Positions 17,593-27,735 of a stretch of 60,193 bases of DNA are shown in pieces. Origin of the DNA: a virus. Taxonomy: Duplodnaviria > Caudoviricetes. The number at the start of each line of letters is the position of its first letter. Positions within the stretch are counted from its first letter, which is position 1. The translations under genes were made by a program, and so were the position numbers. The DNA is taken from the IMG/VR virus record IMGVR_UViG_3300030104_006323, positions 1 to 60,193 of that record; one strand, given 5' to 3'. The notes below the pieces were generated by a model that saw only the letters and a program-made list of their open reading frames with translations, was not told the DNA's origin and did no database searches.

Positions 17593-19819
17593 TTTATATA
17601 ATCTTTGTAAAGGACTTATTCCACAAAGTATTTTAACTCGTAAAAATAAAGCGAGAACTTGGCAGTATGGATATAATGAAAAATATGATATTGTTGTTAT
17701 TTCTAAAAATGGAACGATAGGAGATATTATTTTTGTATCAGGATTAAGAATTGCTTTACCAGCCGTACCCTCTAAAATATTTAAAAGGTCTGATAAAAAG
17801 TCTGAACAATATTGGGAAGTAAATCCTATACCTCCTGTTTTAAAACGAATTTCTACTATATTTCAATGGCACGAAGCTCCTTCAAATTTTAAAAATCAAT
17901 GGGTTGATTATATTGAAGAAGAGTTCAATAGAAGAGAAGAAGGTTTTTGGTTTATGAATAATGGTATACCTACTTATATTACAGGTACACATTATATGTA
18001 TTTACAATGGACCAAAATAGATGTAGGTTATCCAGATTATAGAGAGGCAAATAGAATTTTTTATATTTTTTGGGAAGCATGTAAGGCTGATAAAAGAAGT
18101 TTTGGAATGTGTTATTTAAAAATAAGGCGTTCAGGTTTTTCTTTTATGAGTTCGTGTGAAGGAGTAAACACGGGAACTATAACTAAAAATGCAAGAATAG
18201 GTATCTTATCTAAAACTGGATCTGATGCGAAAAAAATGTTTACAGATAAAATAGTTCCTATCTCAAATAACTATCCTTTCTTTTTTAAACCGATACAAGA
18301 TGGTATGGATAAGCCTAAAACAGAATTAGCTTATAGAGTTCCTGCTTCCAAAATAACAAAAAAAAATATGTTTAATGTTGAAGAAGAAGTATTGGAAGGA
18401 TTGGACACTACTATTGATTGGAAAAACACATCGGATAATAGTTATGATGGTGAAAAACTACAATTATTAATACATGATGAAAGTGGTAAGTGGGAAAAAC
18501 CTGAAAACATTTTAAACAACTGGCGTGTTACAAAAACTTGTTTGAGATTAGGAAGTAAAATTATTGGTAAATGTATGATGGGATCTACTTCAAATGCGTT
18601 AGATAAAGGTGGAAGAAATTTTAAAAATCTTTTTAATGATTCTGATTGCACCAAACGAAATGCAAATGGTCAAACCAAGAGTGGGTTATATTCTTTGTTT
18701 GTTCCTATGGAATGGAACATGGAAGGATTTATAGATAAATTTGGTATGCCTGTCTTAGATACTCCTGCTCAAGAGGTCGTTGGAATTGACGATGAATACA
18801 TTTATCAAGGCGCTGTAAATTATTGGGAAAACGAAGTTATATCTTTAAAAAATGATCCTGATGCTTTAAATGAATATTACAGACAATTTCCTCGTACAGA
18901 ATCTCACGCTTTTAGAGATGAAAGTAAACAGTCAATATTTAACTTAACTAAATTGTATCAACAAATAGATTATAATGATGGAATTATTAAAGAGCATTTT
19001 ATTACTCAAGGATCTTTTAGTTGGGAAAATGGAATTAAAGATACTAAGGTGGTTTGGAGTCCGAATAAAAGAGGAAGATTTTTTGTAACTTACTTACCTA
19101 AACGCTCACTTCAAAATAATGTTATTAGGAAAAACAATAGATACTTTCCTGGTAATGAACATTTAGGAACATTTGGTTGTGACTCTTATGATATATCGGG
19201 AGTAGTGGTAGGTAAAGGGTCTAACGGGTCTTTACATGGTTTAACAAAGTTTAGTATGGAAGAAATTCCAAGTAATCATTTTTTTTTAGAATACATAGCC
19301 AGACCACAGACTGCTGAAATATTTTTTGAAGAAGTATTGATGGCTTGCGTTTTTTATGGTATGCCTATTTTATGTGAAAACAATAAACCTCGTTTATTAT
19401 ATCATTTTAAAAATAGAGGATATAGAGGGTTCTGTTTAAATAGACCCGATAAACATTATAACAAACTTTCAAAAACTGAAAGAGAATTAGGTGGTATACC
19501 AAATACTTCAGAAGATGTAAAACAATCACATGCTTCTGCAATAGAATCGTATATAGAAAAATATATAGGATTAGAAACAGAGGGCGTACATAGAATGGAA
19601 GGTGATATGGGTAGTATGTATTTTCAAAGAACATTAGAAGATTGGGCTAAATTTGATATAAACAATAGAACTAAATATGATGCTTCAATTAGTTCTGGTT
19701 TAGCTATAATGGCTAATCAAAAACACTTATATACACCGACTAAAGAAAAGACAAAAATTAGCATTAACTTTGCAAGATACAATAACAGCGATAAAGTTAG
19801 TCGAATTATTAATAAATGA
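17570..19819 (+). CDS. terL: terminase large subunit
   Basis: Walker A-like KIRRSGFS, Walker B LLIHDESGKW, MGST coupling motif, nuclease GCDSYD; precedes the portal. Confidence 0.9.
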   Translation: MQNLNQNSLYNLCKGLIPQSILTRKNKARTWQYGYNEKYDIVVISKNGTIGDIIFVSGLRIALPAVPSKIFKRSDKKSEQYWEVNPIPPVLKRISTIFQWHEAPSNFKNQWVDYIEEEFNRREEGFWFMNNGIPTYITGTHYMYLQWTKIDVGYPDYREANRIFYIFWEACKADKRSFGMCYLKIRRSGFSFMSSCEGVNTGTITKNARIGILSKTGSDAKKMFTDKIVPISNNYPFFFKPIQDGMDKPKTELAYRVPASKITKKNMFNVEEEVLEGLDTTIDWKNTSDNSYDGEKLQLLIHDESGKWEKPENILNNWRVTKTCLRLGSKIIGKCMMGSTSNALDKGGRNFKNLFNDSDCTKRNANGQTKSGLYSLFVPMEWNMEGFIDKFGMPVLDTPAQEVVGIDDEYIYQGAVNYWENEVISLKNDPDALNEYYRQFPRTESHAFRDESKQSIFNLTKLYQQIDYNDGIIKEHFITQGSFSWENGIKDTKVVWSPNKRGRFFVTYLPKRSLQNNVIRKNNRYFPGNEHLGTFGCDSYDISGVVVGKGSNGSLHGLTKFSMEEIPSNHFFLEYIARPQTAEIFFEEVLMACVFYGMPILCENNKPRLLYHFKNRGYRGFCLNRPDKHYNKLSKTERELGGIPNTSEDVKQSHASAIESYIEKYIGLETEGVHRMEGDMGSMYFQRTLEDWAKFDINNRTKYDASISSGLAIMANQKHLYTPTKEKTKISINFARYNNSDKVSRIINK

Positions 19820-22251
19820 AACAAGTAGAAGTTAACTTAAAAGCAGCTGCATTTCCAGATGAATTTGCTACCGATGCACAGAAAGATACAATGGAATATG
19901 GGCTCCAAGTTGGACAGGCTATTCAATATGAATGGTTTAGAAAAGATAATGGAGCTTGTAGGTATTTGAATCAATGGGGCGAGTTTAATAGATTAAGGCT
20001 TTATGCAAGGGGTGAGCAATCTGTCGCTAAGTATAAAAATGAAATTGCTATTGACGGTGATTTATCTTATCTTAATTTAGATTGGACACCCGTTCCAATT
20101 ATACCTAAATTTGTAGACATTGTAGTAAACGGTTTAAATGATCGTTTGTTTAAAGTAAATGCTTTTGCAGAAGATGCAATGTCGGCAGAGAAGCGAGATA
20201 GTTTTCAGAAAAAAATTGAAGGAGAAATGTTAGCTAAGCCTTTGTTCAAACAAATTGAAGAAGACTTTGATTTAAATGTTTTTCAAACCAATGAGGATGA
20301 GCTTCCAGAAAGTAATGAGGAGCTGGAACTTTACATGCAAATGAAATATAAACCAGCTGTAGAAATTGCAGCTGAAGAAGCAATAGATACTGTATTAGAA
20401 CAAAATCATTATCAGGATATTCGTAAGAGAGTGGACTATGATATAATGACTTTAGGAGTTGGAATGACAAAGCATCAATTTTTACCTGGTCAAGGTATAC
20501 AATTAGATTATGTTGATCCCGCAAATGTTGTTTACAGTTACACAGAAGATCCTTATTTTAAAGATTGTTTTTATTGGGGTGAAATAAAAACTATTCCTAT
20601 GGCAGAGCTGGTTAAAATAAATCCTGACATAACTAATGAAGATATGGAAGAGATTGCTAAATACAGCCAATCCTGGTATAATTATTATAACAATGCTCAG
20701 TTTTACGAAAACTCTTTATTTTACAGAGACACTTGTACTTTATTATATTTTAATTACAAGACTACACACACTTTTGTCTACAAGAAAAAAGAAATGCCAG
20801 ACGGTACTTTCAAAGTAGTTCAGAAAGATGACACCTTTAATCCGCCAGAAGAAATGATGGAAGAAGGAAAATTTGAAAGAGTAGAAAAAAAGATTGAAGT
20901 ATGGTATGATGGTATTATGGTTATGGGAACAAACATTTTATTAAAATGGGAGCTGGCTCAAAACATGGTTAGACCAAAGTCTGCAAGTCAACACGCTCTA
21001 CCAAATTATGTAGCATGTGCGCCAAGAATGTATAAGGGAATGTATGAATCGTTAGTAAGAAGAATGATTCCTTTTGCTGATTTAATACAGGTCACTCATT
21101 TAAAACTACAACAAGTAATATCAAGAATGGTCCCAGACGGTGTTTTTATAGATGCTGACGGACTTAATGAGGTAGACTTAGGGACAGGTAACGCCTATAA
21201 CCCTGAAGATGCTCTAAGGCTTTATTTTCAAACAGGTAGTGTGGTCGGAAGAAGTTTCACTCAAGATGGTGAATTTAATAATGCTAAAGTTCCAATTACA
21301 CAACTTACCTCTAATAGTGGTGGAGCAAAAATGCAAATGCTCATACAAAACTATAATCATTATTTAAACATGATTAGAACAGTTACTGGTTTAAATGAAG
21401 CCAGAGATGGAACTTCACCTAATCCTGATGCTTTAGTGGGTGTTCAAAAATTAGCTGCATTAAATTCTAATACCGCAACAAGACATATATTAAACGCAAG
21501 TTTGTTTATAACTAAAAGATTAGCAGAAGGTATTGTTTTAAGAACTGCAGATGTATTAGAATATTCAGAGTTTAAAAACCAATTTGCTATGCAGATCGGT
21601 AAGTACAATTTAAATTTATTACAAGATATTAAAAATTTATATCTATTTGATTTTGGAATATTCTTAGAGTTGCAGCCTGATGAAGAAGAAAGAGCTATGT
21701 TAGAAGCTAATATACAAATGGCTTTATCTAAAAACGATATTAATTTAGAAGATGCTTTAGATATCAGAGAAATACATAATCTTAAAATGGCTAATCAATT
21801 ATTAAAAACTAAGCGTAAAAGAAAAGCTCAAGCAGAACAACAGCAAGCTATGCAACAGCAAGCTAATGCTGCGGAAATGCAACAACAAAATGCGATGTTA
21901 GCTGCTCAACAAGAGCAACAAAAAATAGCAGCTGAGACTCAATCCAAAATGCAAATAAAACAAGCTGAAATTGCAATGGAAATTGAAAAAATGAAAAATG
22001 AAGCTTTGTTAAAATCTCAACTTATGCAAACTGAGTTTAGCTATAATATGCAATTAAAAGGTATTGAGCAGTCTCAAATAGATAAAAGAGAAGAGGCAAG
22101 AGAGAAAGGAAAGTCTGATAGAATAAGTCAAGCTAACACACAACAGTCTAAACTAATAGAACAAAGAAAAAGAAATTTACCACCAATAAAGTTTGAATCT
22201 ACTGAGGATACTTTAGATGGTTTTGATTTAGCAGAATTTGGACCTAAATAG
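19816..22251 (+). CDS. portal protein
   Basis: 811 aa after terL; PIIPKFVDIVV and TGLNEARDG motifs; Gln-rich C-terminal coiled-coil barrel. Confidence 0.85.
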   Translation: MKQVEVNLKAAAFPDEFATDAQKDTMEYGLQVGQAIQYEWFRKDNGACRYLNQWGEFNRLRLYARGEQSVAKYKNEIAIDGDLSYLNLDWTPVPIIPKFVDIVVNGLNDRLFKVNAFAEDAMSAEKRDSFQKKIEGEMLAKPLFKQIEEDFDLNVFQTNEDELPESNEELELYMQMKYKPAVEIAAEEAIDTVLEQNHYQDIRKRVDYDIMTLGVGMTKHQFLPGQGIQLDYVDPANVVYSYTEDPYFKDCFYWGEIKTIPMAELVKINPDITNEDMEEIAKYSQSWYNYYNNAQFYENSLFYRDTCTLLYFNYKTTHTFVYKKKEMPDGTFKVVQKDDTFNPPEEMMEEGKFERVEKKIEVWYDGIMVMGTNILLKWELAQNMVRPKSASQHALPNYVACAPRMYKGMYESLVRRMIPFADLIQVTHLKLQQVISRMVPDGVFIDADGLNEVDLGTGNAYNPEDALRLYFQTGSVVGRSFTQDGEFNNAKVPITQLTSNSGGAKMQMLIQNYNHYLNMIRTVTGLNEARDGTSPNPDALVGVQKLAALNSNTATRHILNASLFITKRLAEGIVLRTADVLEYSEFKNQFAMQIGKYNLNLLQDIKNLYLFDFGIFLELQPDEEERAMLEANIQMALSKNDINLEDALDIREIHNLKMANQLLKTKRKRKAQAEQQQAMQQQANAAEMQQQNAMLAAQQEQQKIAAETQSKMQIKQAEIAMEIEKMKNEALLKSQLMQTEFSYNMQLKGIEQSQIDKREEAREKGKSDRISQANTQQSKLIEQRKRNLPPIKFESTEDTLDGFDLAEFGPK

Positions 22252-22257
22252 ATTGTT

Positions 22258-22803
22258 ATGTTTGATGATTTTAATATCACTAAATACAAACATAAAAAAT
22301 TTCCTGCTGACTTTTCTTTGAAAACATTAGGAGAAATAAAACAACTTCAATCAACTCCAGTTAATTCTTTTTACGCAAACAAATACGATAATATTAATAA
22401 TGTATTTAAAAAAATATTTGAAAACCGTAAAAGAATTTATCCAGAACCTTTAGTTCAAGAGTTAATATCTAAGAGTCAGCCATTAATTTTGAAACTTAAA
22501 AATTATCATGGCAGAAAAAGACCTTATATATTATCTAAAAATTATAATATAGATTTGAATTATGCTGAATTAAAATCTGCAAAAACGCCCTCATACCCTT
22601 CTGGTCATTCAACACAAGCAAAATTAGTAAGTTTAGTTTTGTCTGATATTTTTCCTGAAATGAAACCAGAGTTTGATAAAGCGTCAGATCATATTTCTCA
22701 GAGCAGAATTGTAGCTCGCGTACATTATGAATCAGATAAAAAATTTGGGGAGGAGTTGGGTCAAGCCCTTTATAGTCATTTTAAAAACACCCAAAATAAA
22801 TAA
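22258..22803 (+). CDS. PAP2-superfamily phosphatase/haloperoxidase-like protein
   Basis: all three motifs: KNYHGRKRP, PSYPSGH, SRIVARVHYESD. Confidence 0.85.
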   Translation: MFDDFNITKYKHKKFPADFSLKTLGEIKQLQSTPVNSFYANKYDNINNVFKKIFENRKRIYPEPLVQELISKSQPLILKLKNYHGRKRPYILSKNYNIDLNYAELKSAKTPSYPSGHSTQAKLVSLVLSDIFPEMKPEFDKASDHISQSRIVARVHYESDKKFGEELGQALYSHFKNTQNK

Positions 22804-22815
22804 AAAATTATTGTT

Positions 22816-22823
22816 TAATTTTG
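22816..22823 (+). promoter_or_regulatory. -7 promoter box for the scaffold-capsid operon
   Basis: intergenic TAATTTTG 17 nt before the ATG at 22841. Confidence 0.45.
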
Positions 22824-22840
22824 TTTAAAAATTTAATCTA

Positions 22841-23980
22841 ATGGAAATAAAAGTAAAAGCAGTGGACGGCAACACTCAAAAATCAAAAGCCGAAATTGAA
22901 GAGCAGTTATTGCAAAAGCATGAAGCTCAACAAAATGAGAATCAAACTGAGGAACAACCTGAAAAGGTCGAGCCTCAAGCAGAGGTGAAAGAAACAACTA
23001 AGGAGGAAGCTCCAGTTGTAGAAGAAAAAACTCCCTCGTCAGAGTTAAATGACGAACATGTTCTTAATTTTATTAAAGAGAGATATAATAAAGACATTAA
23101 TTCTGTTGAAGAATTATTTGAAGCGAAAGAATCAAATGTAGATTTACCAGAAGATGTTAAATTGTATTTCGATTATAAAAAAGAAACAGGCCGTGGCATC
23201 GAAGACTTTTATAAATTACAAAAGAACTACGATGAAATGGACGAAGATTCTGTTTTAGCTGATTATGTTAGTATGCAAGAGGAAGGTCTTGATGCTATAG
23301 ATATTCAAGATATATTAGAGGATAAATTTTCTTTTGATGAAGAAGAAGATGAACCGAAAGATATTAAGAAGAAAAAATTAGCTAAAAAAAGAGAGCTTGC
23401 AAAAGCAAGAAAGTTTTTTAAAGAGCAGAAAGATAAGTATAAAGTTCCTCTTGAGTCAAGTGGGGGTGGATTATCTGATGAACAAGAAAACAATCTTAAT
23501 GCTTACGCGAAGATGATAGAGCAATCTAACTCTCAGAAGAGTCAAGCACAGCAGAGTAGAGAGCATTTTGAAACACTTACAAACCAAGTGTTTGGCGATA
23601 ATTTCAAAGGTTTTGATTTTAGCGTTAGTGATGATAAAACTCTTACTTATAAACCTGGTACTGCTGAAGAATTGAAGAACAAACAAGTTGATGTTAATAA
23701 TTTTGTTTCAAAATTTACTGACAACAACGGGATGATGAAAGATGCTGCGGGATACCATCGCGCTTTATCTTTAGCTATGAATCCTGAAAAGTTTGCTAAA
23801 TTCTTTTATGAGCAGGGTGTTGCCGCAACAGTTGATGATGTGGCAAGAAAGTCTAAGAATATCAATATGGATGTTCGTAGAGCCCCGCAATTAAGTACCA
23901 AAAATAGTTTAAAAATTAAAGCTGTAGGAGACACTTCAAGTGGTAGAGGGCTCAAAATTAGAAGTATTAAAAAAGTTTAA
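22841..23980 (+). CDS. putative capsid scaffolding protein
   Basis: acidic, E/K-rich and helical; immediately upstream of the capsid gene. Confidence 0.7.
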   Translation: MEIKVKAVDGNTQKSKAEIEEQLLQKHEAQQNENQTEEQPEKVEPQAEVKETTKEEAPVVEEKTPSSELNDEHVLNFIKERYNKDINSVEELFEAKESNVDLPEDVKLYFDYKKETGRGIEDFYKLQKNYDEMDEDSVLADYVSMQEEGLDAIDIQDILEDKFSFDEEEDEPKDIKKKKLAKKRELAKARKFFKEQKDKYKVPLESSGGGLSDEQENNLNAYAKMIEQSNSQKSQAQQSREHFETLTNQVFGDNFKGFDFSVSDDKTLTYKPGTAEELKNKQVDVNNFVSKFTDNNGMMKDAAGYHRALSLAMNPEKFAKFFYEQGVAATVDDVARKSKNINMDVRRAPQLSTKNSLKIKAVGDTSSGRGLKIRSIKKV

Positions 23981-23999
23981 CAAATTAAAATTATAAATT

Positions 24000-25472
24000 A
24001 TGGCAGTAAATATTAGCCCTGGCTTCGACTTACAACCATCCGCTCAACAGGTTCCTGTTGAAACGAATTATATCAAAGATTTTGATTTCTTGAATCAGTA
24101 TCTACCAGATACTTACGAGAAAGAATTTGAAAGATATGGTAATAGAAGCATTAGTTCGTTCCTCCGTATGGTAGGAGCAGAAATGCCTTCTAACTCTGAC
24201 CTTATTAAATGGGCAGAGCAAGGAAGATTGCATATTAAATACAAAGCATGTACCTCTGGATCAGCAGCGGGTACAGATTCTGGAGCAGTTTGGACGATTC
24301 CAAATAACCTTACCAACTTTAACCCTGCGTTAGCTAACCCTAACACAGCAAAAGATGCTAAGAATGTTATTAGAGTTGGACAAACCGTTATGATTTCTGA
24401 TAACACACCAGGTTCAAGTTTAACAAACAAAGCGATTGTTACAGCTGGACCAACTAACGCAAACCCTAACCAGTTTACAGTAGCTTATTATGAAGCAGCT
24501 GGACAGGCTATGGCAGCGGGAGTTGCATGTGATATCTTTATCTACGGTTCTGAATTTGCTAAAGGAACTGAAGGAATGGTAGGTTCATTAGAATCTGATG
24601 ATTTCTTCTTTGACAACAAGCCAATTATCTTAAAAGATAAGTATTCTGTATCAGGTTCTGATATGGCGCAAATTGGCTGGGTTGAAGTAAGCGGTGAAGA
24701 CGGAGTAAGTGGATACTTATGGTATCTAAAGTCTGAGCACGATACAAGACTAAGATTTGAAGACTACATGGAAACAGCTTTAGTAGAAGCAGTTCCAGCT
24801 GAAGCAGCTTCAGGTGCTGGTGACTATTTACAAGGTACAGGTGCAGCTGCGTCTGTTGCTGGACTAAGTGGTTCTAAAGGTGTATTCTTTGAAGTAGGTG
24901 CAAGAGGAAATGTTTATGGTGGTGGTAATCCAACATCATTAGCTGATTTCGACAGCATTATTCAAAGATTAGACAAGCAAGGAGCTATTGAAGAAAATGT
25001 AATTTTCGTAAATAGAAACTTCTCATTTGATATTGACGATATGTTATCAACACAAAACTCTTATGGAGGTGGTGGTACATCATATGGTTTATTTGATAAT
25101 GACGAAGAAATGGCCCTTAATCTTGGATTCTCTGGATTTAGAAGAGGTTACGACTTCTATAAGTCTGATTGGAAATATCTAAATGACCCAACTATGAGAG
25201 GTGGATTAGTAGCAGGTGGTATCAATGGACTATTAGTTCCAGCTGGTTCTACTTCAGTTTATGACCAAATACTTGGTAAAAACGCTAAGAGACCATTCTT
25301 ACATGTAAGATATAGAGCTTCTGAAGCTGAAGATAGAAGATATAAAACTTGGATCACTGGTTCTGCTGGTGGAGCGAGAACATCTTCTTTGGATGCAATG
25401 GAAGTTAACTTCTTATCTGAAAGAGCAGTTTGTGTCTTAGGTGCAAACAACTTCTTCTTATTCCAAAACTAA
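24000..25472 (+). CDS. major capsid protein
   Basis: 490 aa after the scaffold; strongly biased codon use; followed by a terminator; WAEQGRLH and RRYKTWITGS motifs. Confidence 0.85.
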   Translation: MAVNISPGFDLQPSAQQVPVETNYIKDFDFLNQYLPDTYEKEFERYGNRSISSFLRMVGAEMPSNSDLIKWAEQGRLHIKYKACTSGSAAGTDSGAVWTIPNNLTNFNPALANPNTAKDAKNVIRVGQTVMISDNTPGSSLTNKAIVTAGPTNANPNQFTVAYYEAAGQAMAAGVACDIFIYGSEFAKGTEGMVGSLESDDFFFDNKPIILKDKYSVSGSDMAQIGWVEVSGEDGVSGYLWYLKSEHDTRLRFEDYMETALVEAVPAEAASGAGDYLQGTGAAASVAGLSGSKGVFFEVGARGNVYGGGNPTSLADFDSIIQRLDKQGAIEENVIFVNRNFSFDIDDMLSTQNSYGGGGTSYGLFDNDEEMALNLGFSGFRRGYDFYKSDWKYLNDPTMRGGLVAGGINGLLVPAGSTSVYDQILGKNAKRPFLHVRYRASEAEDRRYKTWITGSAGGARTSSLDAMEVNFLSERAVCVLGANNFFLFQN

Positions 25473-25489
25473 TAAGAAGTAAACATTAA

Positions 25490-25526
25490 TATTAGGGGAG
25501 GTATACTCCTCCCCTGATATTTTTTA
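25490..25526 (+). terminator. intrinsic terminator after the capsid gene
   Basis: stem AGGGGAGG/CCTCCCCT followed by a T-rich tract. Confidence 0.8.
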
Positions 25527-25550
25527 TTAATTAAATTAAATTTAAATACA

Positions 25551-26309
25551 ATGAAAAAAGTAAAAGAAAAATACGCAGATAAGGCGTATAGATTATTAAG
25601 CAGAAGAATACCGCTAACTTACATGTTAGCTTCACGAAACACAAGCAGATCCCCACTATTATGGTTTGATGAAGAGAAAGGAATTAACAGACCTCTTCGA
25701 TATGCAAGAAATCAAAAGTCTCCATTTGAAGACGAACAAGATGGCAATGCAGTATTAGAACCTATAATGTTTGAGGATGGGATGTTGACTGTGCCAAGAA
25801 CCAACCAAACACTTCAAAAGTTTTTATATTATCATCCTTCAAACGGAAAAGTTTATGAGGAAATTAATAATGAAAAAGATGCAGCTGAGCAATTAGCTTA
25901 TGTTGAGCTTGGATTGGATGCGCAAATATTAGCTAAAAATTTAAAAGGTGATGAGCTAATAACTGTATGTAGAGTTTTAATGGGAGGAGCAGCCGATAGA
26001 CTGACAACCTCTGAATTAAAAAGAGATATATTGTTATATGCTAAAGATAATCCTCAAGATTTTTTAGAAACAGTTAATGATCCTATGCTTAACTTATATG
26101 GTGATGTTGTACAATTTTTTAATAATACTTGGTTAGTTCTTAAGAACCAAGGTAAAGATGTATACTTCAATCTACCAAAAAATAAAAACAAGTTATTGTC
26201 AGTACCATTTGGTGAAGACCATTACTATATAGTGGCTTCATTCTTTCAGGGTGATGACGGTGTAGAGACTTATAAACTACTTTCAAAAAAGCTAAAAAAA
26301 GATAAATAA
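25551..26309 (+). CDS. hypothetical protein of the head module
   Basis: ORF track; LRYARNQKSPFEDEQ; position after the capsid gene. Confidence 0.75.
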   Translation: MKKVKEKYADKAYRLLSRRIPLTYMLASRNTSRSPLLWFDEEKGINRPLRYARNQKSPFEDEQDGNAVLEPIMFEDGMLTVPRTNQTLQKFLYYHPSNGKVYEEINNEKDAAEQLAYVELGLDAQILAKNLKGDELITVCRVLMGGAADRLTTSELKRDILLYAKDNPQDFLETVNDPMLNLYGDVVQFFNNTWLVLKNQGKDVYFNLPKNKNKLLSVPFGEDHYYIVASFFQGDDGVETYKLLSKKLKKDK

Positions 26310-26316
26310 GGTTTCG

Positions 26317-26324
26317 TATCTTTG
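26317..26324 (+). promoter_or_regulatory. -7 promoter box
   Basis: intergenic TATCTTTG upstream of 26356. Confidence 0.55.
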
Positions 26325-26355
26325 AGGTATTGTTTAACCCTTAAATTTTTTAACT

Positions 26356-26685
26356 ATGATGAAGTATTTCAAAATTAGTTTAAGTGATGCGGACCATTTA
26401 ATTCCTTTACAAAGTATATTAGGGATTGAAGTGGGGGCTGATACAGAAGTAGATATTCTTTACAATGTAAAAGGCCATGGTGCAACTGGAGCTTCTGAAG
26501 TGTTAGGTGTAAAAATCACTGCTACTACAGCAGATGATGCAGCTAAAACTAAAGAGCAATTAAATAGTATCGTTGATGCTATGGAAGATGCACTATCTAC
26601 TGCGTGGACAAAACCTTTCTATGTACTTGAGCCTAAGTATGCTGTTACAGCTATTGCTCAAATAGAAGAAGAGTGGTCTGCATAG
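26356..26685 (+). CDS. small acidic protein with its own promoter and terminator
   Basis: ORF track; bounded by a -7 box and a hairpin terminator. Confidence 0.75.
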   Translation: MMKYFKISLSDADHLIPLQSILGIEVGADTEVDILYNVKGHGATGASEVLGVKITATTADDAAKTKEQLNSIVDAMEDALSTAWTKPFYVLEPKYAVTAIAQIEEEWSA

Positions 26686-26707
26686 TAATCACTAACTATC
26701 AGTTATG

Positions 26708-26742
26708 AAAGGGGCTTAAACATTTAGGCCTCTTTTTTTTTT
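26708..26742 (+). terminator. intrinsic terminator
   Basis: AAAGGGGCTTAA...TTAGGCCTCTTT hairpin plus a long T run. Confidence 0.8.
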
Positions 26743-26745
26743 GCT

Positions 26746-26753
26746 TATATTTG
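26746..26753 (+). promoter_or_regulatory. -7 promoter box for the tail operon
   Basis: TATATTTG directly after the terminator, 15 nt before the ATG at 26769. Confidence 0.55.
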
Positions 26754-26768
26754 TAAAAAGATTTACGA

Positions 26769-27734
26769 ATGATTAACTCAGTTAGGAATACAGTTATGGC
26801 TGTAGCCAACAAAAATAACTACGGCTACATCTCTCCTCAAGATTTTAATTTGTATTGTTTACAAGCACAAATGGATATATATGAGGATTATTTTTATCAA
26901 TACAATAATTGGATTAATAGAGAAAACGCAAGAAGTTCAGGTACAGGATATGCAGATATTATTAAAAGTTTAGAAGAAGTAATAGACACATTTTCTGCAA
27001 CAGCTTATTTAGCACAACCAGTTGCTAACCAAAATAATCAATATAATTTACCTGCAGACTATTATTTGATAAATAAAATATTTTATTATCCCACTTTAAA
27101 GGTAAGCGGGACATCAACTGCTTTATCTGCTGGGACTCAATTAGTTGATTCAACTCAAACATTTACAACATCAGTTTCTGTAGGAGATGTATTAACAAAT
27201 ACTACAGACAATACTTCAGCATATATTACTGAAGTTAGGTCTGACACTATTTTGATTTTAAGTGAAAGCATAATGGCGGTAGGGGAAACATATAGTATAT
27301 ATGACCAGTACAATATTACAGAGGTTGAAAGAGTAAATCAAAATAAAATATTTTATTTAACAAGCTCTAATTTAACTTATCCTACTACGCAATATCCTGC
27401 GTATGTTTTAGGTGGAGCTAACTCAAACACTTCTCCTGGAGTGGTAGGTAATACAATTACCGTTTACCCAAACACAATAACTCAAGGCGGAGCTTTACAA
27501 ACTCAATACATTAGATATCCTTTAGCTCCTAATTGGACTTATTTAAGTACATCTGGCAACGATCCAATTTTTAATCCTGGTGCAGCTGACTATCAAAACT
27601 TTGAACTACCTGCATCTGATGAGCCAAATTTAGTAGCTAAAATATTACAATACATTGGTATAGAGATAAGAGAAGAAACAGTATACAAATTTGGAGCACA
27701 AGAAGAAATAACCGATACACAAGAAACAAGTTAA
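26769..27734 (+). CDS. putative head-tail adaptor/ring protein
   Basis: NKNNYGYISPQDFN and YIRYPLAPNW patterns resemble crAss-like ring proteins; position. Confidence 0.6.
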   Translation: MINSVRNTVMAVANKNNYGYISPQDFNLYCLQAQMDIYEDYFYQYNNWINRENARSSGTGYADIIKSLEEVIDTFSATAYLAQPVANQNNQYNLPADYYLINKIFYYPTLKVSGTSTALSAGTQLVDSTQTFTTSVSVGDVLTNTTDNTSAYITEVRSDTILILSESIMAVGETYSIYDQYNITEVERVNQNKIFYLTSSNLTYPTTQYPAYVLGGANSNTSPGVVGNTITVYPNTITQGGALQTQYIRYPLAPNWTYLSTSGNDPIFNPGAADYQNFELPASDEPNLVAKILQYIGIEIREETVYKFGAQEEITDTQETS

Positions 27735-27735
27735 G

